Below, piece by piece: positions 19,562 through 27,755 of a DNA stretch of 32,000 bases; within the stretch, counting starts at the first letter, position 1, and every line of letters begins with the position of its first letter. Origin of the DNA: Candidatus Saccharimonadota bacterium. Its GTDB lineage: Bacteria > Pseudomonadota > Alphaproteobacteria > CAJXXZ01 > 1604HC. The stretch spans positions 30,001 to 62,000 of the forward strand of contig NZ_CP043316.1 of the NCBI RefSeq assembly GCF_008189405.1, read 5' to 3'. Below the pieces are notes generated by a model, which had not been told where the DNA came from, did no database searches, and saw only the letters and a program-made list of their open reading frames with translations. Made by a program: the position numbers and the translations under genes.

Positions 19562-20682
19562 ATATAAATGAATAACACTCCTAAGTTTACAATCAGCATA
19601 AAGTAATAAAATATTTTTGTAACGTTCTTTTCATGGAAATAATGCTCAAAATGGTGATGAATAGGTGCAATTATGAAAACTTTACGCTTAAATACTTTGA
19701 TAGAGAATATTTGTATAATTACTGATAATGTTTCAAGTACGAAAATGCATCCAGTTAAGATGAAAAGCCATTCACAGCTGATCACCAAATGATTGATTGC
19801 TAAAAATGCTCCTAAAGCCATAGATCCTGTATCTCCCATAAATATTTTAGCAGGATACTTGTTGAATTGCATAAATGATAATAGCGTTGCAAACATAATT
19901 GAAAGTAATGCAACGTTAGCTGAGAATCCAAAATGATATATTTGGAATGTTATAAGAAAAAGCAGAGATACTAAGGAGCATGATCCAGCTAATCCATCTA
20001 ATCCATCAGTTAAGTTCACAGCATTTGCAGAGCTAACTACGACAAATGACCACCAAATAATTGTTAAATAATTGAAGTTCAAGTAATCAAAGTGCTTAAT
20101 ATTGAGATTAGTATTTAAGTTTAAGTATGATTTGAATACTAATAATATTACAATAGATGTAACAAATTGTAATAAAAATTTGTACCTTGCTGATATTCCA
20201 TGATTATTTTTATAATATAGTTTTATAATATCGTCATAAAATCCAATTAATCCAAACAAAACTGTAATGCAAATTATCATATAGTGTTGAATGTTTAGGA
20301 ATTTACCGTCACTTCCACCCAAACTACTGAAGGAATACAACAAAAATATTCCTATGAAAATTACTCCACCTAAAGTTGGAATATTCCTCTTATGTTTATG
20401 TTTTTTTATATATTTTGAGATTGGCTGTGATGCTTTTTTATTTTTTATTTTGATGTAGGTATATAATGCAAAAAAAGTGCAAATCATACTGAAAGATAAA
20501 ATATCACTGATTTGACTGATGAATATTAAATACATTGATTTCTCTGATATAAAATTCATGGCAATTGATGGAGCAATCAATAATGCAATTATGAAACTAT
20601 ACAATTTGGATGTATTGATCCTATTAACAAGTAATAAGCTTGCAAATTGTACTATTTGTAAAATTTTAAATTTAAATTCCAT
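19558..20682 (-). CDS. mraY: Phospho-N-acetylmuramoyl-pentapeptide transferase
   Basis: NAVNLTDGLDGLAG, KIFMGDTGSMALGA and APIHHHFE are the canonical MraY motifs. Polytopic membrane protein. Confidence 0.95.
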   Translation of the reverse strand: MEFKFKILQIVQFASLLLVNRINTSKLYSFIIALLIAPSIAMNFISEKSMYLIFISQISDILSFSMICTFFALYTYIKIKNKKASQPISKYIKKHKHKRNIPTLGGVIFIGIFLLYSFSSLGGSDGKFLNIQHYMIICITVLFGLIGFYDDIIKLYYKNNHGISARYKFLLQFVTSIVILLVFKSYLNLNTNLNIKHFDYLNFNYLTIIWWSFVVVSSANAVNLTDGLDGLAGSCSLVSLLFLITFQIYHFGFSANVALLSIMFATLLSFMQFNKYPAKIFMGDTGSMALGAFLAINHLVISCEWLFILTGCIFVLETLSVIIQIFSIKVFKRKVFIIAPIHHHFEHYFHEKNVTKIFYYFMLIVNLGVLFIYI

Positions 20683-20742
20683 GTTGTTCTCCTAAACTTA
20701 TATGTTGTTCTCCTAAATTAAATGCCATATTGGTTACTTAAG

Positions 20743-22023
20743 CTAGGCCTTATATTGTTCTTCTAGGTATTTTACAACTAATTTGATATCAGTTGAATTG
20801 CTCCCTTTTAGAAGAATTATATCATCTTTTCTGATGATTTTATCTAGATAGTCACAAATTTGCTTATAATTTTGCAATATTATACCTGTTTTTGATGTCC
20901 ATTTTTCTCCTAATAGAATTAGTATATCTACACCAAAATCTACATTATGGTACTGTGCAGTATATTCGCCTAATTCTCCCATTTCTCCTAATACAGCTAT
21001 CTTTCTATTTGGGTATGATTGCAATTGAGCTATTGATGCGTTTAATGAAGTTGGATTTGAGTTAAAGCTTCCATCTATAATTGTGAAAACATCATTGTTT
21101 TCTAATGTACGCTTACTGTTTTTTGATAGTTTTAATATGTTATTTCTACCTTTAGATGGTTTGTAATTTGAAATATTATTATGTGCATTTTGAATATTTT
21201 CCTGTTCTGCGATTAATAAAATAGGAACTGCATTTTGCTTGTGTATATCATGATTTATGCTGAATATTTTACTATTCTGTACTTGTGAATCTGAATTGAG
21301 TGATGAGTTTGAATCTGTGATTGTGAATTGCAGATTTCTAGGGCAATACTTCTCACATATTAAAGGGAAAAAAGCATGTCTTTGGGTGTATTTTAGTAAG
21401 TAAGATTTCTCTTGAGCTATATGATCTATATTTTCAAAATTACCAATATGTCCAGGTCCGATTGTAGTGATAATAGAATAGTGTGGTGAGGCGATTGATG
21501 ATAGTATATCCATTTCATGTGGATTATTTATTCCTAACTCTAGAATTAAATATTCTGGGTCTGATGTCAGATTACATATAGTAAGTGCAAGGCCATATAT
21601 TGTATTATAGCTTGCTGGAGTAGCAATTATATTTTGATCAGAAAAGGCTGATATCATTTGTTCTTTAGTTGATGTTTTGCCTGCTGTGCCTGTAATAGCA
21701 ATTACAGTTGCTTTTAAATTATTACGAATGTTTTGCGTAAGCTGAATGAGGGCATTTTGGACATTTTCTACTTTAATGAGTTTGTCTTGTGGAATATCCA
21801 AATTCTTTTCAGATACAATATATTCTGCTCCTTTACCCAAGGCATCTTGTGCAAATTCGTGACCATCATTTACTGCCCCTTTTATACAGAAGAAAATTTC
21901 TCCACTTTGCACAATTCTACTATCAATGGATATCCCAGATATGGTATTTGATACATTATGATTTATTTGAAATGTTTTCTTCATTATATTTGGAGTAATT
22001 AACTTCTTGGTGGTTAATATCAT
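20743..22023 (-). CDS. murF: UDP-N-acetylmuramoyl-tripeptide--D-alanyl-D-alanine ligase
   Basis: ISIDSRIVQSGEIFFCIKGAVNDGHEFAQDALGKGA (MurF N-terminal pattern), Mur ligase P-loop ITGTAGKTSTKE, and the C-terminal IIDGSFNSNPTS (D.YNANP.S). Lies upstream of mraY. Confidence 0.9.
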   Translation of the reverse strand: MILTTKKLITPNIMKKTFQINHNVSNTISGISIDSRIVQSGEIFFCIKGAVNDGHEFAQDALGKGAEYIVSEKNLDIPQDKLIKVENVQNALIQLTQNIRNNLKATVIAITGTAGKTSTKEQMISAFSDQNIIATPASYNTIYGLALTICNLTSDPEYLILELGINNPHEMDILSSIASPHYSIITTIGPGHIGNFENIDHIAQEKSYLLKYTQRHAFFPLICEKYCPRNLQFTITDSNSSLNSDSQVQNSKIFSINHDIHKQNAVPILLIAEQENIQNAHNNISNYKPSKGRNNILKLSKNSKRTLENNDVFTIIDGSFNSNPTSLNASIAQLQSYPNRKIAVLGEMGELGEYTAQYHNVDFGVDILILLGEKWTSKTGIILQNYKQICDYLDKIIRKDDIILLKGSNSTDIKLVVKYLEEQYKA

Positions 22024-22233
22024 TACTTTAATAATGGATTAATGAAATAGAAAATGATAGATATGCGATGAATATATGGCAGGGAATGTTAGATTTAGAA
22101 ATCTGTTTTGATAATACACATACTTTGTAACTAGTAATGATTTTACAAAATTAGTGAGCAATTAATTTGAACTAAAAAGGCTGAATATTAATGTAATAAA
22201 TACTATTCATTACATTATGAAATTCTAGATTAA

Positions 22234-22478
22234 TGTAGGCTTGGCAGGAACCACGAAGTGCACTGTGCCAACCGAAATGAAATGTAGGCTTGGCAGGAAC
22301 CACGAAGTGCACTGTGCCAACCGAAATGAAATGTAGGCTTGGCAGGAACCACGAAGTGCACTGTGCCAACCGAAATGAAATGTAGGCTTGGCAGGAACCA
22401 CGAAGTGCACTGTGCCAACCGAAATGAAATGTAGGCTTGGCAGGAACCACGAAGTGCACTGTGCCAACCGAAATGAAA
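22234..22478. repeat. Perfect tandem repeat, 5 x 49 bp, abutting the tRNA 3' end
   Basis: The unit tgtaggcttggcaggaaccacgaagtgcactgtgccaaccgaaatgaaa starts at 22234, 22283, 22332, 22381 and 22430. All copies are identical on direct reading. A sixth partial copy (22479-22495) is the 3' end of the adjacent tRNA itself. Confidence 0.97.
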
Positions 22479-22480
22479 TG

Positions 22481-22553
22481 TAGGCTTGGCAGGAATCGAA
22501 CCTGCGACAACACCGTTATAAGCGATGTGTTCTAACCGCTGAACTACAAGCCC
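22481..22553 (-). tRNA. tRNA-Ile (anticodon UAU, reads AUA); no encoded CCA
   Basis: Reverse complement: GGGCTTG TA GTTC-AGCGGTTA-GAAC A CATCG-CTTATAA-CGGTG TTGTC GCAGG-TTCGATT-CCTGC CAAGCCT A. This is a regular 73-nt cloverleaf with anticodon loop C-U-UAU-A-A and discriminator A. Confidence 0.85.
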
Positions 22554-22595
22554 TCTCACAGATTCTAAGGTATAAATCAAATCGTATCAAGTAAT

Positions 22596-23267
22596 ATGCG
22601 ATTGATTGTTGATGCACATATGTATTATCCTAATATGATGGCTTGGAGTTGTGGTAGAAGTAGGAAGTTGAAAAGTAATATTGAGCAAGACTATGCTAAG
22701 TATCTTTACTCAACTAATAAGATAAATGAAATTATAAATATGCATAAGGAAAATAGAAGAATATGTTTGGATATTGGGTTTGGTGCAGGGGATAGTATTA
22801 TACAAACGTTAATGAATGGCAAATCAATTGTGATTGGGTGTGAAATATTTAAGCCTGCAATTTTCCATACATTAACTAGGGTAGAAGATAAAGATAGAGT
22901 ATTTTTATGTATGGCTTTTATTAATGATTTGATCCAATCTTTACCATTGAACTCTTTTGATGAAATTAAGATGCTATGTCCAGATCCATGGCCAAAATAT
23001 AAACATCGCATGAGACGCTGTTACAACATTAGAAAATTTGATTTAGAAATAGTTAAAATTTTGAAAAAAGAAGGCATATTTACTCTAGCATCAGATATTA
23101 AATCAATCACTCAAAATATGGTGAATTTATTTAATAGTCCGTATTTCGATATAGCTCAGAATGAATATACAACATATGATGAATGCCCACATAAAACAGA
23201 ATACTGTAAGAAAGGGTTCAATGCTGGCAGGCATGTTTATGAAATGATTGCGCGAAAAAGTATATGA
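22596..23267 (+). CDS. trmB: tRNA (guanine46-N7)-methyltransferase
   Basis: SAM-binding LDIGFGAGDS and the TrmB hallmark CPDPWPKYKHRMRR (FPDPW.K.RH.KRR). Confidence 0.85.
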   Translation: MRLIVDAHMYYPNMMAWSCGRSRKLKSNIEQDYAKYLYSTNKINEIINMHKENRRICLDIGFGAGDSIIQTLMNGKSIVIGCEIFKPAIFHTLTRVEDKDRVFLCMAFINDLIQSLPLNSFDEIKMLCPDPWPKYKHRMRRCYNIRKFDLEIVKILKKEGIFTLASDIKSITQNMVNLFNSPYFDIAQNEYTTYDECPHKTEYCKKGFNAGRHVYEMIARKSI

Positions 23268-23400
23268 ACAGCAATGCTAAACAAATAAATATATTAAATA
23301 TGATGATTTGCTGTTATAGATACTATTCTACTGCTAGGTGGATTTATGATTATAAAAGCAAAACCTATCAGGGTAAATTTATAATTGTGAGAGTAAATTG

Positions 23401-24222
23401 ATGAGTTTCGGGAAGTGTTTTATTATTGGAGGATCAACAGCAAGTGGGAAATCTTCATATGCTATGGATTTATCTACGAAAATAAATGGATCAATTATTA
23501 ATGGTGATAGTAAGCAAGTATATAATATATTGCCAACGTTAACTGCGCAGCCGGAAAATTTACACAATCACTATTTGTATAATTATTTCCCATGCCACAA
23601 TAGGATTGATATGATGGTTTGGTTAGTTGATTGCATTGAAGCGATCAAAAAAACTATTAGTAATGGGAAAGTGCCAATTGTTGTTGGTGGTACGGGTTTC
23701 TACCTCAATGCATTAAAAGAAGGATTTATAGAAATTCCTGATGTTGAACATGATAATCAACTGGATTTGATGAGTTCAGAAGAATTATTTCAAAAAGCTT
23801 ATGCCTTTGATCCTGATTTGCAAATAAAATTAAATGACCGATATAGGTTGATTAGGGCTTTAAATGTGATGAATGGAACTGGAAAGCCACATTCATGGTG
23901 GTTAAAACAAAAAAAGAAAAAATTAATTGATATTGAATTTCATTCTATTTATATAGATAAAATGAAGGATGAAGTACGAGAATCTGCTGATAGGAGATTA
24001 GATATAATGCTCCCAAAATCAATTGAAGAAGTGAAAAAATTAGATGTGAATATTGGATCTCATATTAAGTCTATAATTGGGGTGAAAGAAATACAAATGT
24101 TTTTATATGATGAAATATCATTTGATAAAATGAAAGAATTAATATTGATCAGGACTATGCAATACGCTAAACAGCAAAGAACATGGTTCAAAAATCAAAT
24201 GTCATTTGATGAGATAGTATAA
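23401..24222 (+). CDS. miaA: tRNA dimethylallyltransferase
   Basis: IIGGSTASGKSSYAMDL...IINGDSKQVYNILPTLTAQP and VVGGTGFYLNAL are conserved MiaA motifs. The ATG at 23401 is preferred over the TTG at 23398. Confidence 0.9.
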   Translation: MSFGKCFIIGGSTASGKSSYAMDLSTKINGSIINGDSKQVYNILPTLTAQPENLHNHYLYNYFPCHNRIDMMVWLVDCIEAIKKTISNGKVPIVVGGTGFYLNALKEGFIEIPDVEHDNQLDLMSSEELFQKAYAFDPDLQIKLNDRYRLIRALNVMNGTGKPHSWWLKQKKKKLIDIEFHSIYIDKMKDEVRESADRRLDIMLPKSIEEVKKLDVNIGSHIKSIIGVKEIQMFLYDEISFDKMKELILIRTMQYAKQQRTWFKNQMSFDEIV

Positions 24223-24321
24223 TTTTCATAAGCACCTTAATTATAATGATAATTATTAGAAGTAAATTTGAGTACTGAAATAAATTTTATGAAATTAACA
24301 AAGTAAACTGTTTGTACAAAA

Positions 24322-24394
24322 CACTCCCTAGGGGAATTGAACCCCTGTTTCCGCCATGAGAGGGCGATGTCCTAGTCCACTAGACGAAGGGAGC
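24322..24394 (-). tRNA. tRNA-Glu (anticodon CUC); no encoded CCA
   Basis: Reverse complement: GCTCCCT TC GTCT-AGTGGACTA-GGAC A TCGCC-CTCTCAT-GGCGG AAAC AGGGG-TTCAATT-CCCCT AGGGAGT G. The backbone closely resembles E. coli tRNA-Glu, but the anticodon reads CTC rather than TTC. Confidence 0.85.
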
Positions 24395-24488
24395 ATGGAC
24401 TAATTCTATTATTAAATTACAAAACATTCAATCCAGTAATTTGGTGAGACATTTGAAGTTCATTGAAAATGCATTAAGATTGTAATTA

Positions 24489-25169
24489 ATGACTAAATCT
24501 TTAAAGCACATTGCATTTATTATGGATGGGAATAGGCGATGGGCAAAAGCGAATAGATTGAATGCTAGGCAAGGGCATGAAACAGGCTTAAAAAATATGA
24601 TGAAAATTATTAAGTATTGTGACTTGATGAATTTGAAATATGCTAGTTTTTATACATTTTCACAAGAAAATTGGTTTAGAAATATAAAAGAGATATATGG
24701 CATTTTCTATTTGATTGATAATTATGGTGATAAAATGATAGAAGAGTGGAAAGAATCTAATGTGAATGTAAGGATTATTGGTGATAAATATAATTTGCCA
24801 TATAAAGTGAAGAATTGGATTGATAAAGTTATCGATAGTACTCAAAAATGCACAGGTTTAAATGTTTCATTAGTAGTAAATTACTCGGGCAGGCAAGAAA
24901 TTATACATGCTGTAAATCAAATTTTACAAAATGCTGAAAAGAAAGTTGATAGTAAAGTTCTGCAAAAATACTTATATACAAATGGCATGCCAGACCCAGA
25001 TTTATGTATCAGAACAGGGTATGAATCACGTTTGAGTAATTTTTTCCTTTGGCAAATAGCTTATACAGAAATAGAATTTGCAGATGTTTTATGGCCTGAT
25101 TTTTCTGAAGAAATCTTGGGAAATATCATTGCAAAATACAACAAAAAAGATCGACGCTTTGGTATGTGA
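24489..25169 (+). CDS. uppS: Undecaprenyl diphosphate synthase (cis-prenyltransferase)
   Basis: HIAFIMDGNRRWAK, FSQENW.R and RTGYESRLSNFFLWQIAYTE are canonical UppS motifs. Confidence 0.93.
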   Translation: MTKSLKHIAFIMDGNRRWAKANRLNARQGHETGLKNMMKIIKYCDLMNLKYASFYTFSQENWFRNIKEIYGIFYLIDNYGDKMIEEWKESNVNVRIIGDKYNLPYKVKNWIDKVIDSTQKCTGLNVSLVVNYSGRQEIIHAVNQILQNAEKKVDSKVLQKYLYTNGMPDPDLCIRTGYESRLSNFFLWQIAYTEIEFADVLWPDFSEEILGNIIAKYNKKDRRFGM

Positions 25170-25323
25170 TAGTTTATGTTTTATTATGATTATCAATAGG
25201 TAAATTAGCATAAGTATATTTATTTACATAATTATATATATTCAAAATTATAAAAAGCAGGTTATTAGTAATATTAGCAATTAATAAGTAATTTTTTTTA
25301 CTTTTCATAATGAAACTTGTATA

Positions 25324-25986
25324 ATGCATGCGATGAAATTATTGAACAATAACTTATTTAAGCGAATTATATCTGGCATTGTCTATGCAGGTATAATTTT
25401 TCTTTCTGCATATTTTGATTACGGCAGAATCTTCATGTGCTTAATAGGTTTTATTTTAACAGTAGAGCTAATAGTAGCGCTGATAAGAAGTGAAACAAAT
25501 ATTAAAATACAAATTGGATTGATAGGAATGCTTTGTATATTCTTATTCATGCATATAAAGAGTCAAATTATATATGCATTCATAATATTTGCGTCTATTG
25601 TGGATACATCAGCTTATTTATGTGGTCGCATATTTCAAGGGCCAAAATTAACATCAATTAGTCCAAATAAAACATGGTCTGGTGCGATTGGCGCAATCAT
25701 AGTTCCATTTCTAGTAGTGGTTTTGATTATGGTGATGAAACCAGCGGTGTTTCCAGAGAATTTACGCATTAGTATAGTATTTTTTGTTATCATGTTTTTA
25801 TCTATTGCAGCGCAAGCAGGAGATATATTGGTATCTTATGCTAAAAGAAAGATGTTAATTAAAGATGCTGGTATAATATTGCCAGGTCATGGTGGACTAT
25901 GGGATCGATTTGATAGTGTCATGGGAATTATATTATTCTGCATCATTTTGCGCTTCTTTTGCTATGTATGCAGCATGAAATTCTGA
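25324..25986 (+). CDS. cdsA: Phosphatidate cytidylyltransferase
   Basis: Membrane protein with SPNKTWSGAIGA and the LPGHGGLWDRFDS signature (S.KK.WEG / PGHGG..DR.DS). The uppS-cdsA adjacency is widely conserved. Confidence 0.88.
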   Translation: MHAMKLLNNNLFKRIISGIVYAGIIFLSAYFDYGRIFMCLIGFILTVELIVALIRSETNIKIQIGLIGMLCIFLFMHIKSQIIYAFIIFASIVDTSAYLCGRIFQGPKLTSISPNKTWSGAIGAIIVPFLVVVLIMVMKPAVFPENLRISIVFFVIMFLSIAAQAGDILVSYAKRKMLIKDAGIILPGHGGLWDRFDSVMGIILFCIILRFFCYVCSMKF

Positions 25987-26090
25987 ACATTTTTTATAAT
26001 TTTGGAAAATTTCTTTGTGATTTTGAAAATCTGAATACATTATTTAACTGAATGCGCCCATTATTCATATATTAAGTTTTTTTGAGCTTT

Positions 26091-27557
26091 TTAAATGGAT
26101 AATTTTATTTCGTAGTCGTGTTCCATGTTATGTTGAGTGACTGCAATTAAATTCTTGCAGTGTTTTTGTAGGAATCGTAGTAATTTTTCTCTTTTGACCT
26201 CATCTATGCAGTCTAATGATTCATCTAATATTACTAACCATTTTGGCTCATATATAATGAGAGCAGATATATTTAAAAAGTTATGCTCTCCAGAGCTGAA
26301 ATTAGTTTGATCAAGTAAATATTTGTATTCAGGAAAGAAATTTAGCCATACTTTACTTTGTTTTAGTTGTGACAGTTCATATTCAAATACAATTAAATCT
26401 TGTGGTTTATAAGTGATATTCTGTTTCCATATATCTTGATTTTCTGTATTGAGACAGAAATTTATATCGACATGCCCATTGATGATTGACCCGCTGTCAG
26501 GAATTAGAATGCCTGCGATTAATTTACATAATGTGGTTTTCCCAGATCCATTTTGCCCTGAGATCTTAATCCACTGATTGCTTTTCACTTCAAATGATAG
26601 GTTTTGTATGATTCTACGTCCCTTGTAAGAAAAGCTTATATTATTAGCTAATATATTTTTGAAAGGCACTGCTGAATGTGTTTGGTTTTTAGTTAAATCT
26701 AATTCTATCCCATACAAAAGTCCCAATATAAATCTATAAACATTGAATATTCTAATAATGCAATTTATCATCATGCTTCCAGAAATAATATGAACCATAT
26801 CCAGTGAAGCTAAATTACAGTATGTCCAAATAGAAAAATAGGTGTATATTAATATATTAATGATGAGTGTGAATGATCTTATATAAAGGATTTGCTTATT
26901 GTACGCTTTATATTCTTGGTTGAGCGACTCTCCAATTTCTTGATTCATTAATGCATTTGATTTTTGAAATTGATTTTTATATTTAATAGTAAATATAGAT
27001 TTTAAATTTACATTATCGTCCTCTTTGTATGCTGATTTGATCATTGGAATCCATTTTTTTACTCCATAATGAAAGATGATAAAATAAATTGGAATTGCTG
27101 GAAGGAAAGTATATATTTTGCTATTTCTGAAAAGATTAAATTGTATCAAGAAAGCTAAAGCATAAGAGATGATATTAAATGATGAGTTAATGATCTTATG
27201 TACATGTTCCGATAATCTTTTGATTTGCCCAAGTTCTTTTACATTGTTTTCATTAGATTTTATATATGTTTTGAGCGAGAATTCTTTGGAATCTTTAATT
27301 ATAGAATTAATTATAGGGTATATTAATAAGTTTATAATTTGAGGATAAATGTTAACAAATAGCTTGTTATGTATAATGAAGAAGATGCTTATTTTAGATT
27401 GGTTTGCAAAAGCATATTGTAGTAATAATGGCAATATTCCACTTGAAAAACTGTAAAATGCTATAGTGATTATTATTAGAATAAATCGTAAGGGAAACTT
27501 ATTTGCATTTGTAAAATATATAGATAATAAGTTGTAATATAATCTGAGTTTTTTCAT
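26091..27557 (-). CDS. Half-size ABC exporter (fused permease + ATPase) with divergent ATPase domain
   Basis: The N-terminal ~290 aa are hydrophobic with about 6 helices. The C-terminal part has Walker A GQNGSGKTT, a weak signature FSSGEHN and Walker B WLVILDES. The architecture resembles the partial ABC gene at the window start. Confidence 0.65.
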   Translation of the reverse strand: MKKLRLYYNLLSIYFTNANKFPLRFILIIITIAFYSFSSGILPLLLQYAFANQSKISIFFIIHNKLFVNIYPQIINLLIYPIINSIIKDSKEFSLKTYIKSNENNVKELGQIKRLSEHVHKIINSSFNIISYALAFLIQFNLFRNSKIYTFLPAIPIYFIIFHYGVKKWIPMIKSAYKEDDNVNLKSIFTIKYKNQFQKSNALMNQEIGESLNQEYKAYNKQILYIRSFTLIINILIYTYFSIWTYCNLASLDMVHIISGSMMINCIIRIFNVYRFILGLLYGIELDLTKNQTHSAVPFKNILANNISFSYKGRRIIQNLSFEVKSNQWIKISGQNGSGKTTLCKLIAGILIPDSGSIINGHVDINFCLNTENQDIWKQNITYKPQDLIVFEYELSQLKQSKVWLNFFPEYKYLLDQTNFSSGEHNFLNISALIIYEPKWLVILDESLDCIDEVKREKLLRFLQKHCKNLIAVTQHNMEHDYEIKLSI

Positions 27558-27755
27558 GTAACTGCATTATATATGTTTTAATTTTTTCATGTAACTTTAG
27601 CCATGTCATTTGAAGATTTGCATGATTTATGGTTTTGCAGATTTATATACATTATGGTCTTGCAAGCTTTATATTATTGTATATATTTATAGATATATTT
27701 TGTAGGTTTTTAGTATAAACTTGAATATTATGCAAAAATACTCTAAGATTTCTTG

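Noticed and set aside
22234-22478. Possible CRISPR array, because of regularly spaced identical repeats.
   Set aside because: The units abut directly with no unique spacers between them. The period is 49 bp in total, no cas genes are present in the window, and the repeat is derived from the adjacent tRNA 3' end.
22172-22580. Three overlapping minus-strand ORFs (113, 80 and 116 aa) with internally repetitive translations (PSLHFISVGTVHFVVPAKPTFHFGWHSALRGSCQAYISFRLAQCTSWFL...).
   Set aside because: They are artefacts of the 49-bp tandem repeat. The unit has no stop codon in any minus-strand frame, and 49 is not a multiple of 3, so the frames cycle. One ORF also reads through the tRNA gene. There is no start context or homology.
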